This document shows positions 50,010 through 61,348 of a stretch of DNA of 64,000 nt, piece after piece (the stretch's first letter is position 1; every line of letters starts with the position of its first letter). Source of the DNA: Lingula anatina (Eukaryota > Animalia > Brachiopoda). The notes beneath the pieces are model-generated. The model ran no database searches, was not told the origin of the DNA, and saw only the letters and a program-made list of their open reading frames with translations. Location: NCBI GenBank assembly GCA_051362555.1, contig CM120640.1, positions 45,610,788 to 45,674,787 on the forward strand, written 5' to 3'. Both the position numbers and the translations under genes were made by a program.

Positions 50010-53000
50010 GGCACACATGTGCCTGTTTATAAATGTGCAACAATGAACAGCACCAGTATAGTATATTTAACAGTATAAGCTATTTTGCAATAGCTTTGTT
50101 CAATATGCAAAAAAAAAATTGGAACATGATATATATTTTTTTCCAAAACTACCCAAACAAGTGACATCAGAAAGTTATAGCCTGATCTTTGCAAATCATT
50201 TTTGCAGAAAGCAGCAAAGTTGAAAATATTCCAGTAAACATACCTTTACATCCCCTTCAGCAGATCCACTGACAAAGAATTCCTCAGATGGATCTAGAGC
50301 AAGAGACTTCACTGCAGTTTCGTGTGCCTGGAATGTGTGTCGTAACTGCCGCTGCCGCATGTCAAATATACCTGTTTGCTGTCAAGGGTATAACTTGTGA
50401 AAAAGTATATGCATATGTGCAGGTCAGATTTCATGCGTATAAGGTAAGAAATGGAAAATAAGTAAGGGGGTACCAAATAATGTGGCTGGCTAACTGAAAT
50501 AATCAAAATTCCTGAAATAAATATAAACATTTTTGGCTTTAACAGCATGTTCAGACACAAGCATGTGTTTAATACAGGTTTCCCATGGCATGAAAAAACC
50601 ATATTAAAACATGATTATGATCACAAAGATAAATGACCGCTACTAACATGACTATTAAGTACATGTTTCTTGTGACATGAAAAAAATAAAATGATCACTT
50701 GTAATATATAACCTATAGGTAGTCAGTTTTTTCTTAGCTGCCTATCAAAATATGAAAGTAAAATCTTAAGACAGTAAAAGGATACATATATCTCCTTTCT
50801 TCCCCCCAGTAATGAGGATTTGATGTTGAGGAGCATACACCAAGCAAGGACTGCCATGCTCATGACACACAAAGGCTGAAAAATAATTCAGTTAAGCTTA
50901 TAAACTAACCTAATGTTAAATTCATATATTACTTTATTATAACAATGCACAGTAGATATGCTGATAATGCCCCGAGATGCTCCTACTCTGTGCACACATG
51001 CATGCTTGTGTCCTTGCATTTGTTCTTTAAAGAAAACAGTCAAGGAAGATCAGAATAATATCTTTTCCATATCAAATGGTTTGTGCTGCTTTAAAAAGGT
51101 CTGGAAAACACATACACACACTGAGAGGTCATTATATTAAAGGAAGCTCCCCTCAATCTTAATGTTACTGATAGTTCATGACAGCAGCTTAAGGCTGTGG
51201 GAGTGCAAACATAAACAGACAACAAATTTCAGTTCCTTCAACAGAGGATTCCTAGCCTGTTTTTTACTTTCAGAAGAAATGCAGCACTATATCTTATTAA
51301 CTCTTAAGAAATAAATTGAAAGAAGAATATAGTATCATTAAGTGTGCTTTATTACCCTGGACAAGTGAGCTCCTAGGTGGCAGCAGTGTGTCCCAGAGAC
51401 AGACGTTCTTGCTCTCAGAAGAGTGTCCAGACGATGCCAGCAGACTGGAGGAGCCAATGAACTCAAAGTCACTGGTTGACTTACTGTGGCAAGACAGGCT
51501 CTGAAAGCAAAAACCAAAAACACTTCTGAGTGTAATAAAAATTTTTGCTAATTATCTTAGGCCTGTTTCACAAAAAGCTGAACTCTAAGGCAAACATCTG
51601 CCTTAGCTGGACCTTAGGCTGTGTGTCACACAGAACCTTCGCCTAGCATCAACTTCTAATTGCTTTGATGCTTTTTACCAACAGAGATGACTAAATACTA
51701 TTTATGTATTTAAACTAGAGGATCAGAGAGGCGATACCGCCTCCGAATATTGTACCACCAGCTGGAGCAAGCGCATTCGTATAGACCCCCACATACACAA
51801 AAGAAGGGACACAGCCACCAGTCTTATGCTTGACAAGCTGTAAAAATGCAATCAACAAGAATTTTCAAAATATGCAAAAAATATATATGACTTAAAATGG
51901 TACAATCAAAGTTAAGTTCATCGTAAGGTAGGTCAAAGGTCAATTTCAAGGTCACATTAAATTGCCAGTATATGACTTCCTATTCAACTTTAATGGTAAC
52001 TATGGACCTATCTCTGCCAGGTTTGGAGATAAAAGAGAAAGAAATTTGCAAAATTCAGTTCATAGTGAAAAGTAGGTCAAAGGTCAATTTCAAGGTCACA
52101 CTTAGATTGCCAGTATATGACTTTCCATGCAAGTTCAATAGAAACTATGGACCTATCTCTGACTTCTTATTCAAGTTCAATAGTAACTATGGACCTATCT
52201 CTGCCAGTTTTGTAGATAAAAGGGAAGAAAAATATGCAAAGTTCAGTTCATGGTGAAAAGTAGGTCAAAGGTCAATTTCAAGGTCACAGTAAAATTGCCA
52301 GTATATGACTTCCTTTTCAACTTCAATAGTAACTATGGACCTATCTCTGCCAGTTTTGGAGATATAAGGGACTAAATGTTTTAATTTTGGAGTTACCATA
52401 ATGTGCCATAAATTTCCTACAGAAAAAATTAATTAAAATAAAGAAAAGGTCATTTTGGTCAAAATTCTTGAAATAAGAGGTGTTCTGAAGTTCCAGATGT
52501 TCAAATTTGATGAAATAATGTCATTTTTGACCACAAGTTGTCTGCTTTGCCAAGCCTTATGTTTTATATTTCCGGAGTTCAAAATTTATTATCCATTACA
52601 GTACTGCACATTTTGCTTTCACCACCAATATGTGCCAGTATATGACTTCCTATTCAAGTTCAATAAAAACTATGGACCTATCCAGTTTTGGAGATAAAAG
52701 GGAAGCAAAATTTGCAAAGTTCAGTTCATGGTGAAAAGTAGGTCAAAGGTCAATTTCAAGGTCACATTTAGATTGCCAGTATATGACTTCCTATTCAAGT
52801 TCAATAGTAATTATGGACCTATCTCTGCCAGTTTTGGAGATAAAAGGGAACCAAAATTTGCAAAGTTCAATTCATGATAAAAAGTAGGTCAAAGGTCAAT
52901 TTCAAGGTCACATTTAGATTGCCAGTATATGACTTCCTATTCAACTTCAATAGTAACTATGGACCTATCTCTGCCAGGTTTGGAGATAAAAGGGAAGCAA

Positions 53001-54637
53001 AATTTGCAAAGTTTAATTCATGGTGAAAAGTAGGTCAAAGGTCAATTTCAAGGTCACATTTAGATTGCCAGTATATGACTTCCTATTCAACTTCAATAGT
53101 AACTATGGACCTATCTCTGCCAGGTTTGGAGTTAAAAGAGAAAGAAATTAGCAGAGTTCAGTTCATGGTGAAAAGTAGGTCAAAGGTCAATTTCAAGGTC
53201 ACATTTAGATTGCCAGTATATGACTTCCTATTCAACTTCAATAGTAACTATGGACCTATCTCTGCCAGTTTTGGAGATAAAAGGGAAGCAAAATTTGCAA
53301 AGTTCAGTTCATGGTGAAAAGTAGGTCAAAGGTCAATTTCAAGGTCACATTTAGATTGCCAGTATATGACTTCATATTCAAGTTCAATAGAAACTATGGA
53401 CCTATCTCTGCCAGTTTTGGAGATAAAAGGGACTAAATGTTTTAATTTTGGAGTTACCATAATGTGCCATAAATTTCCTACAGAAAAAATTAATTAAAAT
53501 AAAGAAAAGGTCATTTTGGTCGAAATTCTTGAAATGGCAGGTGCTCTGAAGTTCCAGAAGTTCAAATTTGATGAAATAATGTCATTTTTGACCACAAGTT
53601 GTCTGCTTTGCCAAGCCTTATGTTTTATTTTTCCAGAGTTCAAAATTTATTATCCATTACCGTACTGCACATTTTGCTTTCACCACCAATATGTACTTTT
53701 TGATACAGCGTAGCTCGAAAACTGTATGGAATACAAAAAAACGGAGACCACCTCCAGTGTTGGGCTTTACATGCTCTACAAAATGCAAAAAAGAATGGGT
53801 CTCTAGCATTAACGGTTCCCGAATTAGAGACAGTTTTCAGTTTCGGTATCTTATGGCCGCTACTCCCGTTAAAATGCACTGATTGACCCTAAATTCACGG
53901 AGATGAAAGATGACCTGAAGGGTATCATTTTCCAATAATATTATTGGTTAAGTCTGTGTGGTGTCTGAATAACAGCGCAAATAATTTTTTTTTCGTAAAA
54001 AAATTCATTTTTTTGATAAATTTGGCCTGTTTGACCTTGAAATTAAGGTCAAGGGTCAAATCCAAGGGCATATTTGAAATCTACACATATGACTTTTGGG
54101 AAGCCGTCTGTAGAAATTTTTCCCATAATTCCTTCCGTAGGGTAGATAATTAGCATTTAATTTTGCCATTTTTGGACAAGGGTGCATTGCAATGAATGCC
54201 ACACCTAGACCCCAATACCGACAAAGCCCAAATTTTACGTGGAACGAGTTGAGATTATAGGTGACCTAAATCCAAGAGATGGGTATAGGGGCCCTTACCG
54301 TCTAGGAGGAGAAGCGGTAACGATGACATGGCGGCGGAGCCGGCGGAGCCGCAGGAGCCGGCGGACCGGACCGGATGGGACTGAAACCATGTGTACCGCC
54401 AGCGCTAACGCTGGTGGTACAATTAAAGGCATTGGACTGATATTGCAAAGCAGTCCTTTAATTCACAAACATGTAGCATAACAGTCTTAGTAAAGCTGAA
54501 AAACCTGATTTTTTAAGACAAGCTTTTTTGTGGACATTTTTATATATTAGCTTAAACTACCAGTGAATATTTCAACTGAATATTTTTCTTGAAATAATTC
54601 AAGGTGAAAAGAACAAAAATTTGTCTGGGAAAAAAAA

Positions 54638-54717
<80 letters not shown>

Positions 54718-57700
54718 AATTGTGTTGTCACTTACCTGGAATGGTTTGTTCATATTTGTTCCAAATCCCACCTGCCACAGGCACACAGACCCCTCACCAT
54801 CACTGACTCCAAACTGGAAATAAGACAAAACAGATAAAAAATAATATAATAATGTTAAGACTACAATATCCCTTAGTTATTGCTTCGAAGCAGTTTCATA
54901 ACTAACAATTAAATAATGTTTATATTCTGTTAGTCTGAGAGACCAGCTGCACAAGATAGAAACACTTTCAAATACTTTTAGTTGACTAACATCCCACTCA
55001 TCCATCCACCCCCACACGCACACATATTTAGAAGGATAACACAAAGAAACTGACTATTTCCAACAGTCACCCACCTTATTTCCATGAGTATTAAACTGTA
55101 GCCTGGTGACCTTGGGGAAGCTACCTGCCTGTCTGGGTGTGGCTACACACTGGCCATGTCCCCACTCCCACATCCTCACACTGCCATCATGACACCCAGT
55201 CAAGTCTAAAGAAGTAACATTTTCTCAAATCAGTCCACCTAGTTCGATCATCTAATATTGTTTTAAAACATAAGACATGTCTGTGCACTTGAAAGACATG
55301 TGTGTGTGTGTGTAAAAGGGAATTTTATTCCTTTTCAATATTTAAGCTACATAGTACAATTATGTACATGTATATAATACAAACAAGAACATATTGGGGG
55401 AGGGAGACTATCCAACTAGTATTTTTAATATATCTGCCATCAGTTAATGACATTATATAACTAAAACAACCTTCAAATATTACACTTACAATATGGCAGA
55501 TGGGGATGGGCACCCATTCCTCTAACATCATTCACTGGTCTCTTGTTCATCTGAATAAAGCAATATTAGTTAATAGGAACAAATAACATTAAAACAACCA
55601 TGAAACAGCTCTGCAGTCCTGGTTGTCTACAGTCCATGTCCACTAGATGTGTTGAAATCCTTTTTTTTTCAATCCAAGTGATATATTAAAACAAAGAGAC
55701 CAACAACCAGTCAGTTCAACTGTGTATTATGTTTTGTGATACATCAAATATTAACTGAGAAAAAAAATGAGTAAGATAGTGCATAAACTCACTAAAAATG
55801 TGGTGACACATTATTTTCCAATTCTTTGGTTAAAAAGTAGTATTAAATGAATGTGCATAATACAAAATCAACTATCTTTTGCAATAGGCTTTACATGCAA
55901 TAATCACCAAATACTATGTTGACAATAAACCAAAAAAGCATATTCAAAAATTGAATCATTTCATCTACAAACAAATGGAAATTAAAATCTTTAAAAGTCA
56001 ATATGTATAAAGAGCAGGTAATACTTCTCTTTCTTATTAATGAATATATAGAAAGGAATAAAAAACGCCACGACCCTGTTATAAAATTTGAAACAAGCAA
56101 GTTAGAGGACATGATGAAAAGAATAAACAGATGCAAAAGTATAAAAGGAAAAAATTCAAACAAAATAAATATTTTAGTTTTTTCGCCAAAACAATCTCTA
56201 CTGCATCAAATGAAACTGCCAAGCAACTAAACCTTTCTGCTACTGCTTAGAATATTAAACTGTGTGCAATCAGTGGATTTTATGTCTTGAAAATGATTCT
56301 CTACTCTTAACATGGGTGTTTACTAGATAAAACATTGTTGGTTTTACAAATATTTTTGTACTTTGTTCCTAAAATTTACATCAACAAATGCGCAGAATTT
56401 GACATCCAAAACAGTATGAATTTTCACCAACTGATGACTTTGTTTTAACCCAAAATATTTTTGATCCCTGACAACTCAAAACAACAGCCACAAAACTGCC
56501 CCACTGGCACACAGTTTAAATGTCCAGTAGTGGTCACTCACCACTTTAAGTAGCCGTCTACTGCGGTCTACCACATGATGTGGATGAAGATTTGTAAGCC
56601 CTGGTAGGTGAAGCCCTTTACCCTGCATGTCCAAGAGCAGCAGAAAACCAAGGGGAGGTGAATTAAAGAGTTTGGGCAAAAGATGCCAAGATATTAAAAA
56701 TCAGTAGACTGATATGTCAGTGAGAAGAAATTGCTCACTTGATGAGCAAACCAAGTGAGCATCAAACCCAAGCTGAACCCAACTAGTCGAGGTGCAATCT
56801 GCAGCACATAGTCAAGTTAGTTTGTACTTCATAGAACAAATAGTAATGTATCCTCCATCCCAATAAAAACCAAATATTTTGTAGACGCACTGTTTTTCAC
56901 AAAAAGCCAACCATAATGTATCACTCACTGCAAGAATTGCTTTTTTTTCTTTTGTGAGATGGAAACTTTACACACTGCTCATTTTAGTCAAACATTTACA
57001 TATCCTTATCAGCCAGATTCAGCTTGGGCTCAAGTTTGAAACTAAGGAACAATGAAATGAATAACCAGCTACATGTATTCTTTAAATCTTTTCATCCATT
57101 TTCACCATCATTTATACCATATCATTATGGCTCTATATAAATGCCTGCAATACTATCCTGTAGAACTTGTTATAGAAATCCATTTTTTTACAAATATTTT
57201 CAAACAAAATCTATCAATAAGATAAGAATTATGAAATTCCATTAATACTTTATATAAATACAGTCACCACACTGCAAAACAAGTTTAAGCAGACTTATTG
57301 CAACCATAGCCACTGACTGCAGCAAAGATCTTTTATTTTCAATATTCAAAAAGAAATAAATGTGAGAGAAATCAAAAACATAAAAGAAAAAAGCCAATAT
57401 TGTCAGGGATAAAAATGATCAAATGTGGACATTTTTTGTAGAACTTCTTCATGATTTGCAGTATGTCAATTATCTAAGAAATGAATACATGTAGCAAGCA
57501 TAATAATATTCCATGCAGTATCAAATTAGTTTAACGTTATCACAGCCAAAGCATAGCTTATTGCAAATGGCAACACAGCAAGGTGCCTAGTGGCTGCTTA
57601 AACAAGCATGATTATTTGCAAATATATCTCCCAGTGAATGCAGATACCAGTGAACAGATATCTGACAAAACATTTAGTTCCTTTGGTCAGTAATGGCAGG

Positions 57701-58924
57701 AGGGTGGAAAAACTATCATATTACAACAGGATCCAATATACACTCCATTAGAAAAATATTGCAGACTGTGTATCATGAAAGTGGCTTATCATCAAGTTTG
57801 TTTCAAGTAGCCAATTTCATAGATATTATTTACAACAGTTCTGTATCCCGGGGGATTTGTTTCCTCGTATAAGTCTTGTTTCCCTACACAAGAGTGCAAG
57901 TTTAGAGAGTTGATTTTTTCCTACAATTTCTAATTGTTTTCTAACAGAAATTTAAATTTGAAGATTCATTTTATCCCACATTGCTAAATAACCAAATTTC
58001 TTTTCTGCAATGAGCATGTGACTTTACTAAATATCATATAGGAATTGACACAGTGAAAATGCTGCATAAGTATAAGTATATGAAGCCTAATTCACTATTC
58101 AAGAGAGATGGATACTGAGATGCTATACAGTCAGCAGTTTCCCTAAAACCCATGCATCTTAACAGGATTCAGTATTTACTCAAGGAATTCGAACAAAATT
58201 CAATAACTATATTTCTCAAAACATGCAAGAGATGATTATGATATTTTGAATAGTGAGATGATATCAAGTCATTTTATATTTTTTGGTATAAAGAACAAAT
58301 TACAAAAAAACTATAGCAATTGAGGTGTTCGAAAATTGAATATAAATACTAATACAAACATATTATTTTACTCCCCTTTTCACCCATGCTTGTTATTAAA
58401 AAATCACCCAGTGCAATAAGTTATTTATTATAACCAATGCCTTAAATGATACATTTCCTTACAAATACATAGACAGGCTCTTGGCAGTGTGATAACTCAC
58501 CAATTCTTCATAACAGACTCCTTTGGAGTTGGTGTTATTTTCCTGAAGCAATTATCTTGTTATGAATAAGTGCAGAACTACATAGCCAGGGCTTGAGATT
58601 AAGCATTGAATACTTCCTTCCCCCCTTTTTGAGCGTGGTCATCTTTGAAGAGTTCTACACAACTTGAAGCTTTATGTTAAGCCTTCATCTTAACAGACGC
58701 CTCAGACTTTCTTAGGTATTCACTAGCAGTAGTGTGATACAATTTGTGCTTATACAGTTATCAACAACCAACAGAACATAATAAGATATAAAATACCATA
58801 AATATTCCATTTTTAAGACTCACCATACCTTAACAACATTTGTATAACTGGGCACCATATCAATGAACCAAATGAACAAAATACTTAGTGTTGTTTTCTC
58901 ATAATTTTTCAACCCCCCCCCCCC

Positions 58925-58959
<35 letters not shown>

Positions 58960-61348
58960 TGAAGCCCTATGAGCCCCCATGCATGCAGCACAACCATTTC
59001 CTAAAAATCTATATTTGACTACAAATGTTGTTAATACACAGAAATATACCTTCTTTATTTCTAAAACTTATGTTAGCAAAATTTATAATACCATTTATTA
59101 TAAATAAACCTCTTCCTTGTGTTGCTACGATGTTATTTTACTTTGAAATGTGAAACATTTTCTTCAATACATTGTCAACAGCTTGGTTACAGCATTATCA
59201 GATATGCGTAGACCAGATATTTAGTAGCTGTAACATGCAATGGTAACAAAAATGCCAGATATAATGTGTACACTGGAAAAGGGTTAGAGAATTATAACCC
59301 TTCACAAAATCAAAATTATATAAAAGCAAGCACATGCTATAAGCCCACATAATCAGAATAGGTAATATTTCCAGAAACAATCTTAATCTGACTGGTATTG
59401 TTTTCTAGCTATAGCCTCATGCAAGAAACACTGGTAATCTTGTTTCCTAAACACTATTAGTAAAATTGCAGGACTATTAAATTAATTGAAATAAATTCAG
59501 ACTATAATTTTTCTGGGATCATAATTAGTCTAACTCAAATCATCTGGGTTCATTTCACAAAAGAACTGAACTGAATGCCCAAAACTTTTAGTTTACTTAG
59601 ATAAATCACTAGTAGTCTACTTACATCAAGATGTCTGTTTTACAAGAAAAAAAAAATTGAAATGCCTTATGTTTTACATTGACAGTGCCTTTATTCTTGT
59701 GACCTACTAGTGATTTATCTCGGATCAAAGTATAATTTTGGGTTTGAAATTACGCTCAAATTTTGACCGCACTAGCTTTGTGATGTACAGGTTACTTGGA
59801 CAAGTGGGTCCCCCTATACTTAGCTGTAGTGCAAGTCAGAACCATTTCAGGTTAGTAGTTATGCTGTCTAAACAGGCCATCAGAGCATTAAATCATCATA
59901 AGATTTAATTCAATATTTAAGGAAATATTTCCTTTTGAACCACTCAACTTAACATTTTCCAATCTTCCATAATTCAACACCTGCCCATAACTTCGTCCCC
60001 TCTTGTACTACAGTGATCATGCTTTGACACATGCGGCAACTCCACATGCTCAATATAAACACATACATACATACACACATACATGTACAGTATACGTACC
60101 ACTGTGCCCCCCCTGTTGGTATACCCTGCCATATGTGAGGGTGCTGGGAGGGCCCCAGGAGCTGTGGGCACTGACAGTTGAGACATCATCTTGTCATGCG
60201 GGTTGTTGATCACTAGGAACTCCCCAGTCTCCAGGTGTTCATGTTGAGGACTTTTAGTAGAGAAAAATGTTTATCATATATCACATAATCAAATATATCT
60301 ATACCACATTGTGCTTGAATGTACAAAGTTGTATCTAAACTGAATGTGGCCATTTATTTCATAGGGAAATAATGATATTGACAGATGTTTGGTAGAACTT
60401 AGCCAGTAAAACAATAAATAGTTTAACTGATTGGTTTAATGACTTCCATTTGAATCAGACTTTTATGCAAGCTAAATCAAATACTTACAACACATGCTAA
60501 GTTTTCAACTTTTATAATACTTAACACTTTACTTCCACTTACTTCTGCAGGTTCTCAATGTCATATTCTGTCTCATCTTCAAGCCAAGATGGAGGATTAA
60601 GAATGCTGTTGATATCTATTTCAATCACCTCTTTATGGGTTGCAAGGGCAAGCACATTCAGGTTACCCTGTAAATATGAAATACATGCAGTTTACATTTA
60701 GTGTGCAACATTTTGCTTTTACCTCACATAAAACTAACATTCACTTTAATTCCTCACACATATCACATCAAGGTTACCCTGTCACACATATCACATCTAG
60801 GTTACCCTGTCACACATATCACATCTAGGTTACCCTGTCACACATATCACATCTAGGTTACCCTGTCACACATATCACATCTAGGTTACCCTGTCACACA
60901 TATCACATCAAGGTTACCCTGTCACACATATCACATCTAGGTTACCCTGTCACACATATCACATCCAAGCTATCCTGTAGTCATACATGCAGGGATGAGA
61001 CTGGCATTTAGTTAAAAAAAAGTCTAAAAATAAGGGAACCAGGGGCACCTTGAATTGAACTCGAAAATATTTTTGACTCCTAAAAAATAACATAACACAT
61101 CCAGATCACATTATCACACATACAATAGTACATTAATATTTTTTTCTAATTTACACTTTTGTTTTGTACAACTCCATAGCATATTCAACTCTTAAGTTGG
61201 ATAAAATCAATTTAAAGATATGTCTGAAATTCTGTTCAAATACCTGGTTGATGCAGAAGGCAGCAATGACATCATTTTCCTTGTGAATAATCTTCACTGG
61301 CTCCACTGGAGGTAGGTCATGGTCATCTAGCAGGGCCCTACTGTCCAC
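49304..61348 (-). CDS. DMXL: DmX-like protein / rabconnectin-3 alpha, C-terminal WD40 region, 5'-partial
   Basis: Exons (high-low): 61348-61244, 60667-60543, 60250-60100, [58542-58501 tentative], [56622-56542 likely cassette], 55550-55490, 55205-55075, 54813-54736, 51500-51356, 50875-50786, 50371-50244, 49507-49304; phases are consistent. The translation matches the DMXL1/2 C-terminus as I recall it: KIIHKENDVIAAFCINQ, YYLTGCHDGSVRMWEW, CHSKSTSDFEFIGSSSLLASSGHS, NVCLWDTLLPPRSSLV, HTFQAHETAVKSLALDPSEEFFVSGSAEGDVKVW, LYSCGADGSMKVRQLP. Confidence 0.95.
49975..50005. repeat. (TG)n microsatellite
   Basis: Read directly. Confidence 0.9.
50372..50785 (-). other. U12-type (minor spliceosome) GT-AG intron in DMXL
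   Basis: The 5' splice site is GTATCCTTTT. The branch-point-like TACCCTTGAC has its A about 10 nt before the 3' end of ...CAAACAG, and there is no polypyrimidine tract. Junctions are fixed by the protein sequence KKGDI-C-IFDMRQRQ. Confidence 0.9.
51712..54423 (+). mobile_element. Non-autonomous Helentron/HINE (pearl/DINE-1-like) element with an internal ~146-bp tandem array
   Basis: Starts AAACTAGAG, with a small 5' hairpin GAGGCG-ATAC-CGCCTC. GGTCAAAGGTCAATTTCAAGGTCAC recurs at 51931, 52075, 52263, 52741, 52887, 53033, 53178 and 53324. A CGGA-rich microsatellite lies at ~54331-54376. The 3' hairpin is TGTACCGCCAGCG-CTAA-CGCTGGTGGTACA (54392-54421). Both flanks are A/T-rich. Confidence 0.82.
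54630..54714. repeat. Poly(A) + (AT)n microsatellite
   Basis: Read directly, about 20 nt into the intron after the DMXL donor at 54735. Confidence 0.92.
58913..58955. repeat. Poly(C) followed by poly(A) tract
   Basis: Read directly. Confidence 0.85.
60755..60966. repeat. 28-bp minisatellite, ~7.5 copies
   Basis: Unit GGTTACCCTGTCACACATATCACATCTA, starting at 60772, 60800, 60828, 60856, 60884, 60912 and 60940. Confidence 0.95.

Noticed and set aside
51931-53420. CRISPR-like appearance of regularly spaced repeats (also 60755-60966)
   Set aside because: The intervening sequences are themselves repeated, so these are tandem arrays without unique spacers. The context is eukaryotic and no cas genes are present.
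51972-54481. Duplicated ORFs (MTSYST..., MVKILE...) within the HINE-like element
   Set aside because: Products of tandem repeat units, with no Rep or helicase motifs.
54547-54837. IYIYIY/poly-K ORFs
   Set aside because: Translation of (AT)n and poly(A) tracts. Only 54813-54736 is a real DMXL exon.
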